Assembly: GCA_040753455.1 (NCBI GenBank)
Contig: JBFMEL010000001.1
Location: forward strand, 5,810-69,809
From: Thermoplasmatota archaeon
Lineage (GTDB): Archaea > Thermoplasmatota > Thermoplasmata > SG8-5 > JACRNV01
Direction of reading: 5' to 3'
Length of the DNA stretch: 64,000 bases
Positions 36,403-46,763 of the stretch are shown here, piece by piece. Position 1 is the stretch's first letter. Each line of letters opens with the position of its first letter. The notes beneath the pieces were generated by a model. The model was given only the letters and a program-made list of their open reading frames with translations, made no database searches and had not been told where the DNA came from. The translations under genes and the position numbers were made by a program.

Positions 36403-37506
36403 CTACACCGTCCATCTGCCATCCTTGTAGACCAGCGCGCCGTCGGCGTATATCCTTCCGCCTTTGGTCATGTCCTTCAGGAGGTCCCAATGTATCACTG
36501 AGAAGTTCTTCGATCCTGTCTCAGGATAGCCGTTGCCCAGCGCCATGTGGATCGTGCCGTCCATCTTCTCGTCGAAGAGCATGTGCTTGGTGAACCGCCT
36601 GATCCCTGGGTTGGTGCCTATCGCCACCTCGCCCAGCCTGCATGCGCCCTCGTCCGTTTTGAGGAGAGCCTTCAGCAGCTCTTCTCCTTTCAGCGCTTGA
36701 GCCCTCACCACCTTTCCACTGCGGAAGGTGAGGCGGATGTCCTCTATCTCGCGCCCCATGTATATCCCAGGGAAGGTGAACCTGATCCTGCCCTCCACGG
36801 AGCTCTCTGCAGGAGAGGTGAAGATCTCGCCATCGGGAAGGTTCTTCTTGCCGTCGCAGTTCTCCCATCTCCTGGATTCGATGGACATGGAGAGGTCTGT
36901 GTCCTCACCAGTGAAGCGCAGTTCGCTCACCCCTTTCAAGCGTGAGATCATCCCTGCCTGCAGTCTGGAGATCCTCTTCCATTCCTTGATGGGATCATCC
37001 CTGTCCACGAGGCAGGAGGCATAAACGAACTCCTCATACTCCATGAGTGACATCGAGGCTTCCTGAGCATCCGCGTTCCCAGGGAACGGCAGTCCAACCC
37101 ATTTCAGGAAGCCATCAGCGGTGCGCCTGTTGAATATCTCCACCAAATCCTTTCTGGATGCTGCGGTCATCCTTGACTTCTCAGGCGGTACATTGGTCAT
37201 ATTTCTGGTGTTCGTGCTCATCGCCACAGCAATGAGGGCGTCCATCTGTTCATAGAGGAACCTTCGGAAAGGGGATACATGGGTGAGCTGGTCTTTCGTC
37301 GCATACCTGAAAAAGATATCCTCCAAGCCATCGATGCTGCCGATGAAGGTGGGATATGCCCCAACATCCAAGCCCTCCTTGTACAATGCCCGTGCCAGCG
37401 CTGCGGCGCCCGGGGGCGCTGAGATTAATATCTCCTGCCCCTTCTTCGCTTCCACGGAGTACCTCACTGCAAGCCTGGCCAAACGCTCGATCCTCGGATC
37501 TGCCAT
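36403..37506 (-). CDS. Aminopeptidase, M29 (AmpS/PepS) family
   Basis: Full-length similarity pattern to thermophilic metalloaminopeptidases (e.g. EVAIGTNPG). Confidence 0.75.
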   Translation of the reverse strand: MADPRIERLARLAVRYSVEAKKGQEILISAPPGAAALARALYKEGLDVGAYPTFIGSIDGLEDIFFRYATKDQLTHVSPFRRFLYEQMDALIAVAMSTNTRNMTNVPPEKSRMTAASRKDLVEIFNRRTADGFLKWVGLPFPGNADAQEASMSLMEYEEFVYASCLVDRDDPIKEWKRISRLQAGMISRLKGVSELRFTGEDTDLSMSIESRRWENCDGKKNLPDGEIFTSPAESSVEGRIRFTFPGIYMGREIEDIRLTFRSGKVVRAQALKGEELLKALLKTDEGACRLGEVAIGTNPGIRRFTKHMLFDEKMDGTIHMALGNGYPETGSKNFSVIHWDLLKDMTKGGRIYADGALVYKDGRWTV

Positions 37507-37556
37507 CGTGCAACCCCAGGGGTCATGGCGTTAGGGTTATAATTCTGTTGCGCGGG

Positions 37557-38159
37557 TCAATCGTTCGGTGCAGGTTGGGTGCTGGGCAGATCCAGCTCTG
37601 CGCGATGCTCCGTGAGCAGCAGGTAGCCGCTGCCGAAGAGCGGGACGAAGATGATGGTGCTGGCGATGTGCACCAGAGTGAATGAGACCTGCCCAACTAA
37701 TACGACCTGGGCATCGTAGAGGGTGTGCTTGGTGAAGAAATACCAGACCCCCAGGTCTGTCCAGAGGTCGAAGACCAGCGTGGCGATGACCCCTGAGAAT
37801 GTGATGATCCCCATGTTCTTGATCCTCAGGGCATAGCGGTTCCTCAGTCTCCTGCCGATCAGTGTAGCCATCAAGAACCCTGTGTATACGAAGAAGGTGA
37901 GCCCCAGGATGGAGGCGAGGCCATAGCTGCCCTTCAACTGATAGGCGTAGATGATGTAGTCAGTGATCGCCATCATCGCCACTGGGACGATGGCAGCGAG
38001 GGCGAGGGGCAGCACCATCCCAGCCAGGAGGGATAGGGCGAGCACAGGCTCGATGTTCGCGTAGTCTAAAAGGAGCAGACGCCCAACCACACCTATGACG
38101 ATGAACGCTATCGCCTTCTCCACGTCCCTGCGCTCGAATCTCAACCATTCAGGGAGCAT
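37557..38159 (-). CDS. Polytopic membrane protein, ECF-transporter S-component-like
   Basis: Five to six predicted TM helices in 200 aa. It lies immediately downstream of the DUF4430-like gene. Confidence 0.45.
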   Translation of the reverse strand: MLPEWLRFERRDVEKAIAFIVIGVVGRLLLLDYANIEPVLALSLLAGMVLPLALAAIVPVAMMAITDYIIYAYQLKGSYGLASILGLTFFVYTGFLMATLIGRRLRNRYALRIKNMGIITFSGVIATLVFDLWTDLGVWYFFTKHTLYDAQVVLVGQVSFTLVHIASTIIFVPLFGSGYLLLTEHRAELDLPSTQPAPND

Positions 38160-38954
38160 CTACTCACCCGGGGGCTGAGAGGTAAAATCGTCCGTGTACC
38201 ACCAGACGATGACATCCCCGGTATGCACCTCCTTCTGAGAGGCACCAACGTCTCCTGGCACGCCGTTCACGCCATAGAGCCAGAAATGCGTCATGTTGCC
38301 GGATGTGCCGTTGATCCCTGTCACGAAGTCCCCGAAGCCGACGTAGTGAACAGTCTCCACAGAAAAATTATACCTGATGCTGGCGATCTGCAAGGCATCC
38401 AGGACAGTCGTGTTGTCAAGACCTATGAGGAGGGAGGGAACTGTGATCCTCCAGTCAGCTCCATAGATGTTCAGGGTCACTGTGACCAGCTCCCCCTCTA
38501 TGATCGGGGTGCTGTTCAAGGGGTCGTCAGAGTACCAGAGAACGATCACGTCCCCGTTTTGCACTGCCTTGACGTTCAAAGGAGTGGGCTCCAAATCCAC
38601 AGTCAGCGCCCCTGTTGAATTCTCTCTCACGAAACCATACGACCAGAAGTATCCCGACTGGTTCGATGTGCCGTTCACAGAGCGAATCACCCAATCCTCA
38701 TTCTGATTCCATATCTCAATGCCTATATCCTCCTGCGTCTCTGCTGCATTTAGCACGCTTAGAACCGTGGCGTTCTCCACCCCCACGTCATGTACGGTGA
38801 TCGTCCAGCCAGGGCCGTATATCTTGAGATCCACCACTGCGGCATGGGCCGGCGGCTGCGGTCGCATGTAGTGCAGCCCTGCCAAAAGCGCCGCTATCCC
38901 TATCACCGCAGCGAGCAGCACGACGAGCGCGCTCTTAGCTTCCTTCGAGATCAT
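38160..38954 (-). CDS. Membrane-anchored protein with two tandem DUF4430-like (transcobalamin-like) domains
   Basis: N-terminal signal anchor. An internal duplication carries IYG..W.ITV and GDVIV.WY.DD motifs twice. Confidence 0.5.
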   Translation of the reverse strand: MISKEAKSALVVLLAAVIGIAALLAGLHYMRPQPPAHAAVVDLKIYGPGWTITVHDVGVENATVLSVLNAAETQEDIGIEIWNQNEDWVIRSVNGTSNQSGYFWSYGFVRENSTGALTVDLEPTPLNVKAVQNGDVIVLWYSDDPLNSTPIIEGELVTVTLNIYGADWRITVPSLLIGLDNTTVLDALQIASIRYNFSVETVHYVGFGDFVTGINGTSGNMTHFWLYGVNGVPGDVGASQKEVHTGDVIVWWYTDDFTSQPPGE

Positions 38955-39080
38955 CTAATCGCCTCATTGGATAAGTTATCCAACCCTTATGCGCTATCGG
39001 TATATTAACCTGCCGTCTCGCATAACGTATTGGTGATCACGGATATCAGCTCTGCAGCGCTGGCTATGCGCGAAAGCCCC

Positions 39081-40274
39081 CTATTCCCCGCTCCGCTCCT
39101 TGGCAGCCCTTATCTCCTCGGTGAGCGCAGGGACGACCTCGAAGAGATCGCCCACGATGCCATAATCCGCGATCTGGAAGATGGGCGCAGAGGGGTCCTT
39201 GTTGATCGCAACTATGACCTTCGAGCCCTTCATCCCTACCTGGTGCTGGATGGTGCCAGAGATGCCGCAGGCTATGTACAGTTTTGGGGACACTGTCTTC
39301 CCTGTCTGACCCACCTGATCGGAGCGGGGGCGCCAGCCAGCGTCCACGGCAGCTCTGGATGCGCCGACCGCTCCTCCGAGCACTCCAGCCAGCTCTTCGA
39401 GGACACGGAAACCATCCGCACTGCCGATCCCTCTGCCACCTGAGACGATAATCGCTGCCTCTTCCAGTCCTTTGGCACCGCTCTTCGCAGTCCTTATGAC
39501 CTCCTTCACCACCACCCTCTGCTCTTCTTTCTCGTGCAGGGGGGATAGGTTCACCACCTCAGCAGTTCTCGAGTGGTCAGGGTTGATCGTTCCGAGCACA
39601 TTCGGGCGCACGGTAGCCATCTGTGGACGTGCATTGGGGCATAAGATATCTGCCATGATGTTGCCCCCGAATGCAGGTCGGGTCTGAAGGAGCAGACCAT
39701 CCTTTATCGAGAGCCCTGTGCAGTCTGCAGTTAAGCCCGTGCCCAGGCGTGCTGCCACCCTCGGGGCTAGATCCCTGCCGATGTGCGTCGCTGGGAAGAG
39801 CACGATGCTGGGCTTGCGCTCGCGGATCAGCCTATACAGCAGAGAGGAATAGCGTGCAGTGTCGTATCGCGACAGGCGCTCCTCTTCCGCCAGGTACACG
39901 GTGTCCGCACCATAGGCTGCGAGCTCGCCGCACAGCCCCCTCACCCCACTGCCAAAGAGGACAGCGCATGCCCTCTCGCCCAGCTGGGATGCCAGCTCTC
40001 TGGCTTTGCCCATTAATTCCAGTGTTACTTTCTTTATCGTTCCATCCCGCAGCTCGGCGAGCACCCATACATCCCTGTGCCCTGCCATCATCGGCTTTGC
40101 CTGCATCTCGATCTCCATCGCATCGAACTCGCAGACCTCGACACAAGCGCCGCACAGGGTGCAGGCATCACTCACTACCGCCTTGCCATACCTCAGCGAA
40201 AGGGCACCGAAAGGGCATGCATTCACGCAGATCCCGCAGCCAGTGCATCGCTCTGCAAGGATCCTCAAGCTCAT
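39081..40274 (-). CDS. etfA: Electron transfer flavoprotein alpha subunit with an N-terminal 2x[4Fe-4S] ferredoxin domain (FixB type)
   Basis: [12 protein letters not shown] and [12 protein letters not shown] at the N-terminus. EtfA FAD-binding region ([16 protein letters not shown]). Start at MSLRIL. Confidence 0.85.
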   Translation of the reverse strand: MSLRILAERCTGCGICVNACPFGALSLRYGKAVVSDACTLCGACVEVCEFDAMEIEMQAKPMMAGHRDVWVLAELRDGTIKKVTLELMGKARELASQLGERACAVLFGSGVRGLCGELAAYGADTVYLAEEERLSRYDTARYSSLLYRLIRERKPSIVLFPATHIGRDLAPRVAARLGTGLTADCTGLSIKDGLLLQTRPAFGGNIMADILCPNARPQMATVRPNVLGTINPDHSRTAEVVNLSPLHEKEEQRVVVKEVIRTAKSGAKGLEEAAIIVSGGRGIGSADGFRVLEELAGVLGGAVGASRAAVDAGWRPRSDQVGQTGKTVSPKLYIACGISGTIQHQVGMKGSKVIVAINKDPSAPIFQIADYGIVGDLFEVVPALTEEIRAAKERSGE

Positions 40275-41074
40275 TGCTCTCCCTCTGTGATGAGCCTGTG
40301 CCTGGACAGGTGTTCCATCAAGTTTCTTGCCTTCTCCCTTGCCCTCTCTCCCTCGATCATGACCCCCTTCCCCCTGGGTGGAGGGGTGTAAGTCCTCACC
40401 ACCTGGGTGAAGGAGCCCTGTATGCCAAGCCTCGTGCGCTCGCCGCCTATGGCTTCGGCGTTCCACTCCTCGTAGGGCTTCTTCTTTGCCTTTAATATCC
40501 CGCTCATCGGCGGGTATCCCGGGGTGAAGGAAGTGGGGGGGAGGAGCGCCAGGAGCGCTGGCAGACGCACCTCCATCAGCAGATAGCCCTCCTCTGTCTG
40601 CTTGCGCACCTTCAACCCGCCATCTGCGCACTCCACGCTCTCCACATAGGTGACCTGCGGGATCTCCAGATGCTGAGCCAGCTCTGGTCCGACCTGTGCC
40701 GTATCGCCGTCTATCGCCTGCTGCCCGCAGAGGACGAGATCGAACGCACCGAGCTTCTTCGCAGCCAAGGACAGGGTGTAGGAGGTCGCCCATGTGTCAG
40801 CGCCTGCAAACGCCCTGTCTGTAAGCAGCACAGCGTCATCAGCGCCCAGTGCCAGGCATCTCATCAGTGCGCTCCTTGCCTGGGGTGGACCCATACTCAG
40901 CGCAGTGACCCTTCCGCCCTTGACCTCCCTCAGCCTCACAGCCTCCTCGACCGCGAACTGGTCATAGGGGTTCAGGATGCTCGGCACGCCCTCCCTTATC
41001 AGGGTATTGGTCCTTGGGTCTATCCTTACCTCGGTGGTGTCAGGCACCTGCTTCACGCAGACGATGATCCTCAT
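40271..41074 (-). CDS. etfB: Electron transfer flavoprotein beta subunit
   Basis: MRIIVCVKQVPDT is the EtfB N-terminal signature. ATGA overlap with etfA. Confidence 0.85.
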   Translation of the reverse strand: MRIIVCVKQVPDTTEVRIDPRTNTLIREGVPSILNPYDQFAVEEAVRLREVKGGRVTALSMGPPQARSALMRCLALGADDAVLLTDRAFAGADTWATSYTLSLAAKKLGAFDLVLCGQQAIDGDTAQVGPELAQHLEIPQVTYVESVECADGGLKVRKQTEEGYLLMEVRLPALLALLPPTSFTPGYPPMSGILKAKKKPYEEWNAEAIGGERTRLGIQGSFTQVVRTYTPPPRGKGVMIEGERAREKARNLMEHLSRHRLITEGEQ

Positions 41075-41418
41075 GCGGCCCGCCCCCTCGGTGATCTTGG
41101 CATGGGGCAAGGCTCGTCCCCTATCCTCTGAGTATAGGAAGGCTGGGTCAGCGCCATCCTGAGAGAGGTGAGGACGAGGCTGCAGAGCCCGAGGCGCTTC
41201 CTGCTGAGCTCGGTGATGTCCTGCCTTGCTATGATCCATGACTTGTGGCGGTTCATGTAGCGTTCACCCATGGTGAAACACTTATGAGATATCATCTTTT
41301 CTCTTTCAGGAGATATGTTAACACATCCATCAAAACCCATTAGAAACGAGGATCGAGAGGGCAATCTTGCTTCTGTTGGTAGTCCAGATGCAGAGCTATC
41401 GGCAATAACGGTAATTAT

Positions 41419-44400
41419 ATGTATGGCGATGCAGATAAAGGGATCATGTCAGATTCCGCCACCGGGGCGAAGGGCAAGAAGGGGCAGCAGAAGCACTCCA
41501 GGAAGATCGCGGCGCTCGCTGCAGTTATCGACGCCGCAAGGGCAAAGTTAAAGGAGACGGTGCAGAAACATTCTGGGAAGATCGCAGCACTCGGCGCTGT
41601 TATCGCCGGCGCGGCTGGCGGGTTCGGACTTGTCGGGCTCTTCACTGCAGCGCTGCCGTTCCTCGGTCACAGACTGGTCGGGGAGTTCGCAGCGGCTGTG
41701 GGCGTAGAAGGCCTTGTGAAACTCGGTGAGCGAGCAGTCACAGGCGAGCCTCTGAGAAAAGAGGACCTCAGGACGCTGGAGGAGGCGCAGAGCCGATTGA
41801 TGGAGTTGCTCGCAGACTCAGCGACAGCTACGCAAAACCTGCATGCTCTTTGCGCGCAACTTTTGCAGGAGGAGCAGCTCACCCAGCACCTGACGAGCGA
41901 CATGATCAAAAGCCTTCGCGACGATATAAATAAGCTCAGCGCAGAAAATCAGGAGCAGTTCTCTGAGATCATCGGAAAGCTCGACGCGCTCCAGGAGAAG
42001 CTCGAAGAAGTGCACGAAGAGGTGCGGCGCTGCGGGCTCGTCAGCTTGAAAGAGGAAGTCTCCAGCATCAGCCGGGAGGGTCTAGAAGAGCAGCACAAAA
42101 GATTCGATGAGTATTTTCTGGGCGGAGTCCCGTGGGGCGTAATCGTATACGAGATCGATGTGCGGCGCGAGGTCACGACAAAAATCATCAACAGATTGAA
42201 GGGGGGCAACAGCATGTTGCTCCTCGGCAAGAGTGGCTCCGGAAAGAGCACGATACTGAAGCGCGCGGCGTATCTGTTGTTTCTCGAAGGATACAACGTG
42301 TTTTACAACTGCGGCAGTATCGATGTGGAGCGCGCGTACAGGTTGCTCACGGAGGAAGAGGGTACAAAGGTCGTGGTTGTGGACGATGCTGATCTTCGCT
42401 GGGACGCTATCAAAGCACTGCACGAATGCTGCATAGAGCATGGGCGTACTGACATCGTGATGCTCTTAGCCGAGCGCACGGAGCGGTTCAAGCACGGCAC
42501 GGCAGGCACAGCTATCAAAGAAGAAAAATTGACACTCACCCGTAATGATGTAAAGGAGCTTTGGAGGTCCACTGGTGATGTTGTGCCAGTAAGAGATGAT
42601 GTGATGGACTTCCTCCTCCAGTGGTGCGGCGATGAGTATATCCTCGCCAAGATATACTCGCTGGGTTACACGGGCGATTCAGAAGAACGATTGGAGGAAC
42701 TGGCGCGCACACGGTATGAGGCGCTGAGGGAGTTGCCCCGAAACCTCAGGACACCACTATTTCCTATAGCATGCATGGCTGCGTACGATTGTGCGCTACC
42801 GCGAAGGGTGTTCGAGAGGTTAGGGCATGATGCTGCGGACCTTGAGGAGTTGGCGAGGCGCGGGTATGTATCTATCGAGGACAGTGCCCTGCGGGGCTAC
42901 CACCCGGTGATTGCGAAGAGGTTTCTCCGCTGCTATCTTGAAGGGGGGGCATATGATTTTGTAGATTGCGTTGTGAACCGCATCCTGCCGCGGCTCGGCG
43001 AGGGCGAAGAGAAAGAAGCTGACGCGGGACTGTGTTTCTCGCTGGGAACAAACATTGCTGTGGAGCAAGAAGATAGGATAGAAAAGGACAAAAAAGTGCT
43101 CGAGGTTGCATTGAAATCTCTGGACAGATGTCTCGAACTGACGCCCGACCACGCGGAGGCGTGGAACAACAAAGGCAACACGCTCGATAGCATGGACCGC
43201 TACGAGGACGCGCTCGTTGCTTATGATAAGGCGCTCGCCATCAACACGCAGTTGGCGGAGGCGTGGAATAACAAAGGCACCACACTCCACCATATGCAGC
43301 GCTGTGATGAGGCACTCGTCGCTTATGATATGGCACTTGCACTCAACCCAGACTATGTAGAGGCATGGAACAACAAAGGCACTCTGGTCTCCAACATGCA
43401 GCTGCATGATGAGGCACTAGCCGCTTATGATAAGGCACTTGCACTCAACCCCGACTATGCGGCGGCGTGGAACAACAAAGGTTTCATGCTCATACGCATG
43501 GAGCGCTATGATGAGGCGCTTGCCGCCTGCGACAAAGCGCTCCAGCTCAACTCGCGGTATGTGGAGGCGTGGAACAACAAAACCCTCGCGCTCGCCCACA
43601 TGCAGCGTTGTGATGAGGCGCTTGCCGCCTGCGAGGAAGCGCTCCAACTCAATCCACGGTATGCAGAGGCGTGGAACAACAAAGGCTTCACGCTCGCATG
43701 CATGGAGCGCTATGATGAGGCACTAGCCGCTTATGATAAGGCGCTCGAATTCAACCCGCAACTTGCAGAGGCCTGGAACAACAAAGGCAACACGCTCGCA
43801 CACATGCAGCGGTACGAGGAAGCGCTCGCCGCCCATGATAAGGCGCTCGAACTCAACCCGCAGTTGACGGAGGCGTGGTACAACAAAGGCAACACACTCA
43901 ACCAAATGCAACGCTATGATGAGGCGCTCGCCGCATACGACAAAGCGGTCGAACTCAATCCACAATTTGCGAAGGCGTGGAACAACAAAGGCCTCACGCT
44001 CGCACACGTGCAGCGCTACGAGGAAGCGCTCGCCGCTTATGATAGGGCGCTCGCCATCAACCATCAGCTTGCGGAGGTGTGGTACAACAAAGGCCTCACG
44101 CTCGCACACGTGCAGCGCTACGAGGAAGCGCTCGCCGCCTATGATAAGGCGCTTGCCATCAACCCGCAGTTGGCGAAGGGGTGGGGCGCGCGCGGGCTTA
44201 CGGAGCTGAGTATGGGGAGGTACGAACATGCGGCGTTTGATTCTGCATGTGCGCACTTTCTGACACGCCTTGGGATAGGGCAGGAGAGATTGTTGGAGCC
44301 AACCGCGCGTCAGTTCATGCAGGCTAGCGATGCGCTGCGCGGCACGGGTGCGTTCCACGATGCAGCCATCCTTTACGCTGTGATGGCTTTTGAGAAAAGG

Positions 44401-44691
44401 GCTGAAGTTGCTGCGCCATTGTGGCGTGAACGTGAGAAGATCACACACATACTTGCCCGCTGCATGCTGTACGATATCGTGGGCGAAGCGCTGACCGAGA
44501 TTAAGCCGGCGATGGATGAGGAGCGCAAAGTAATCGAATGGTATGCCCGCAGCTTGGCGGAGAAAAAGGTCCATGAGGAGTTCCGGGAATACCTTTGGGC
44601 GCTGGTGCGCGGCGACGCGCGGCGCGACGCGGCGTTTGCACTTGCCACATTGTACCTGCTCGTGGAAGAAGGCGTGATGGTTTCGCCATAG
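41419..44691 (+). CDS. STAND-type P-loop NTPase: N-terminal TM/coiled-coil region, central NTPase and ~13 C-terminal TPR repeats
   Basis: Walker A LLLGKSGSGKSTILKRAAYLL and Walker B VVVVDDAD. Hydrophobic segment AALGAVIAGAAGGFGLVGLFTAALPFL. The repeated AWNNKGxxLxxMxRYDEALAAYDKAL module is a TPR. The true start is possibly the Met at 41446. Confidence 0.75.
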   Translation: MYGDADKGIMSDSATGAKGKKGQQKHSRKIAALAAVIDAARAKLKETVQKHSGKIAALGAVIAGAAGGFGLVGLFTAALPFLGHRLVGEFAAAVGVEGLVKLGERAVTGEPLRKEDLRTLEEAQSRLMELLADSATATQNLHALCAQLLQEEQLTQHLTSDMIKSLRDDINKLSAENQEQFSEIIGKLDALQEKLEEVHEEVRRCGLVSLKEEVSSISREGLEEQHKRFDEYFLGGVPWGVIVYEIDVRREVTTKIINRLKGGNSMLLLGKSGSGKSTILKRAAYLLFLEGYNVFYNCGSIDVERAYRLLTEEEGTKVVVVDDADLRWDAIKALHECCIEHGRTDIVMLLAERTERFKHGTAGTAIKEEKLTLTRNDVKELWRSTGDVVPVRDDVMDFLLQWCGDEYILAKIYSLGYTGDSEERLEELARTRYEALRELPRNLRTPLFPIACMAAYDCALPRRVFERLGHDAADLEELARRGYVSIEDSALRGYHPVIAKRFLRCYLEGGAYDFVDCVVNRILPRLGEGEEKEADAGLCFSLGTNIAVEQEDRIEKDKKVLEVALKSLDRCLELTPDHAEAWNNKGNTLDSMDRYEDALVAYDKALAINTQLAEAWNNKGTTLHHMQRCDEALVAYDMALALNPDYVEAWNNKGTLVSNMQLHDEALAAYDKALALNPDYAAAWNNKGFMLIRMERYDEALAACDKALQLNSRYVEAWNNKTLALAHMQRCDEALAACEEALQLNPRYAEAWNNKGFTLACMERYDEALAAYDKALEFNPQLAEAWNNKGNTLAHMQRYEEALAAHDKALELNPQLTEAWYNKGNTLNQMQRYDEALAAYDKAVELNPQFAKAWNNKGLTLAHVQRYEEALAAYDRALAINHQLAEVWYNKGLTLAHVQRYEEALAAYDKALAINPQLAKGWGARGLTELSMGRYEHAAFDSACAHFLTRLGIGQERLLEPTARQFMQASDALRGTGAFHDAAILYAVMAFEKRAEVAAPLWREREKITHILARCMLYDIVGEALTEIKPAMDEERKVIEWYARSLAEKKVHEEFREYLWALVRGDARRDAAFALATLYLLVEEGVMVSP

Positions 44692-44793
44692 GGCTATATA
44701 TTCAGCAGTTCGTACTTGAGATACTGGCGAAAGTTCTTAGCCCTGGGCTTCACCATCCTGAAGAACCTCGTGTGTACGGTCGTGTGTACAGGC

Positions 44794-45993
44794 TCATCTG
44801 TACGCTATGAACTCCTTGCCCAGCAGCTCCCTTGCGATGATGAGCTTCATGATCTCCACGGAGCCCTCTGCCAGTGTGAAGGAGCGCACGCCGCGCAGCG
44901 CCCTCTGGTCCGGACATTCCTTTGTGTAGCCGAAGGCTCCCTGCCACTGCATCACATCGTTGATCGCGTCGAACGCCCATACCGGAGCTATGGATTTCGC
45001 CATCGCCACAGCCATGCTGACATCGAACCTCGATGCCTTGCCCAGCATCTCCTGGTCGTATGTCCATAGGGCTTTGTAGCTCAGCTCCCTCATCGCCTGC
45101 AGCTTTACATGATGCTCTGCGAGCCTGAACTGTATCCCCTCGTACTTGCCGATCGCCCTGCCGAACGCCTTGCGCTCCTTGAGGTAGGCGATGCCGTTCT
45201 CCAGGGACTTGGCAGCTGCACCTGTGCACACCAGCCCTATCAGCGACCTTGCCAGCTCGTAACCCTCATGCACGATGTAGAACCCCTTGTTCTCCTCGCC
45301 CAGCAGGTAGTGCTTCGGGATCTCCACGTTCTCTATGTTGAAGCCGCCGAACGATATCCCTTCCCTGCCCAGCTCCTCGATGTAGGTGGGCGTGATCCCC
45401 GGCGTATCCTTCAGAGGAAGGTAGAAGAGGCACATACCTCTGGTGCCCAGCTCCTCGGTCATCCTGGCAAGGGTGACGTGCCCCCCGCCGTACCTCATCA
45501 CCTCGCCCACACCGCTGATGTACATCTTCTCTCCATTGACCACATACTTCTCCCCATCCCTCTTGATCCTGGTCTTCATAGCGCCGAGGTCGGAGCCGAT
45601 ATCTGATTCTGTGGTCGCGATACCGAGGAACTCCTTGCCCTTGATGATCTTGGGAAGGAGCTCCTCCTTGGCAGCCTCTGTGCCGTACTTGTCCAGGACA
45701 TGTGCCCAGGAGTTCACCACCAGAAAGTATACCGGGATCGCGCAGCTCGGATCTGCTCTGGCCAGCTCTTCAGCAGCGATGCCTGCGGTGACCGCATCCC
45801 CTCCCAGACCTCCATACTGCGGATCTATAACCATGCCAAGGAGCTCGAAATCCGCAAGTGCTCGGATCACATCCTCGGGCATGATCTTCTCCTGCAACAG
45901 CTTCTCGGTCCTGGGAACGATCTCCCTGGCGCAAAATTCCTTCATGCTCTCTCTGAACATCTCCTGCTCCTCTGTGAAGCTGTAATCAACCAT
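44794..45993 (-). CDS. Acyl-CoA dehydrogenase
   Basis: ACAD N-, middle- and C-terminal domains, with the catalytic region near ...GAFGYTKE. Confidence 0.85.
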   Translation of the reverse strand: MVDYSFTEEQEMFRESMKEFCAREIVPRTEKLLQEKIMPEDVIRALADFELLGMVIDPQYGGLGGDAVTAGIAAEELARADPSCAIPVYFLVVNSWAHVLDKYGTEAAKEELLPKIIKGKEFLGIATTESDIGSDLGAMKTRIKRDGEKYVVNGEKMYISGVGEVMRYGGGHVTLARMTEELGTRGMCLFYLPLKDTPGITPTYIEELGREGISFGGFNIENVEIPKHYLLGEENKGFYIVHEGYELARSLIGLVCTGAAAKSLENGIAYLKERKAFGRAIGKYEGIQFRLAEHHVKLQAMRELSYKALWTYDQEMLGKASRFDVSMAVAMAKSIAPVWAFDAINDVMQWQGAFGYTKECPDQRALRGVRSFTLAEGSVEIMKLIIARELLGKEFIAYR

Positions 45994-46115
45994 CTGTCCA
46001 GCCCCCTCAGGGTGCACGGGTATCATAAGGACGCTATAATAAGTTTCGCTCCCCCGGCAAGCCAACGCCATAGAAAGGTTTAACTACCGATTGGTGTATT
46101 CAGTCAGACGAGAGC

Positions 46116-46382
46116 ATGAAGACCTACCTGACGGTCATGTTCAACAGCGATGGCGGGCGCCCGTCCGAGGTAGCCCAGAGGCTCTACATGATGGGCTTCA
46201 GGCCCACGCATGGAAACTACGACTTCGTCTATGACTGGGGGAACACCGAGGTCTCGGTGGATGAGGCGGTTGTGTTCGCAGACAGGGTGCACGAAGCCCT
46301 GAGAGGTATGAACGTGCACTTCAAGCTTGAGACCCAGATTTACAAATCGGGTGGAGAGGTGGACGAGGAGGACGTGCTCTAG
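46116..46382 (+). CDS. Small hypothetical protein (88 aa)
   Basis: ORF only. No motif. Confidence 0.3.
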   Translation: MKTYLTVMFNSDGGRPSEVAQRLYMMGFRPTHGNYDFVYDWGNTEVSVDEAVVFADRVHEALRGMNVHFKLETQIYKSGGEVDEEDVL

Positions 46383-46763
46383 CCCTGCAGAGCATCCTCC
46401 GTGGTAACGTTCCCTTGGGAGGAGAGCTGAGCTCCCAGTTCCGCGCATGGGGACTGATATACCGTACGAACAACCAGGTAGGGCTCCGAGGTGCTGCTCG
46501 GTGCGAAACTCTAAGGTCTGGATCGATCAAATACAAGGGGTAGATTGTTTGGACATGAGATGCCTTTACATGGCATTCAACATAGAAAAATGGACTGTGC
46601 AGGTCTGAAGTGCAATCAAAATTACGAAAAGCCCGGGTGTGAATAACAATGCTGCGAGTGCTCAGGCGAAAAACTTTTTATGGAAATGGTGGATATCCGC
46701 ATCCCACGCCCCAGCGATGGATGGGTGCATGACGCTGCACCTATGGCTGGAGGGAGGGCAGGG

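Noticed and set aside
39671-40495. 274-aa plus-strand ORF, and the 570-aa extension of the etfA ORF (40275-40793)
   Set aside because: Antisense to, or upstream read-through of, etfA/etfB. The etfA start is clearly at MSLRIL, with an ATGA overlap to etfB.
42820-44574. 195-aa and 283-aa minus-strand ORFs with internal repeats
   Set aside because: Antisense images of the TPR-repeat coding DNA of the STAND gene. The repeats simply mirror the TPR periodicity.
44692-44793. gtgtaca-rich short repeats between convergent STAND and acd genes
   Set aside because: Very short and consistent with a convergent terminator region. Not enough structure to call a feature.
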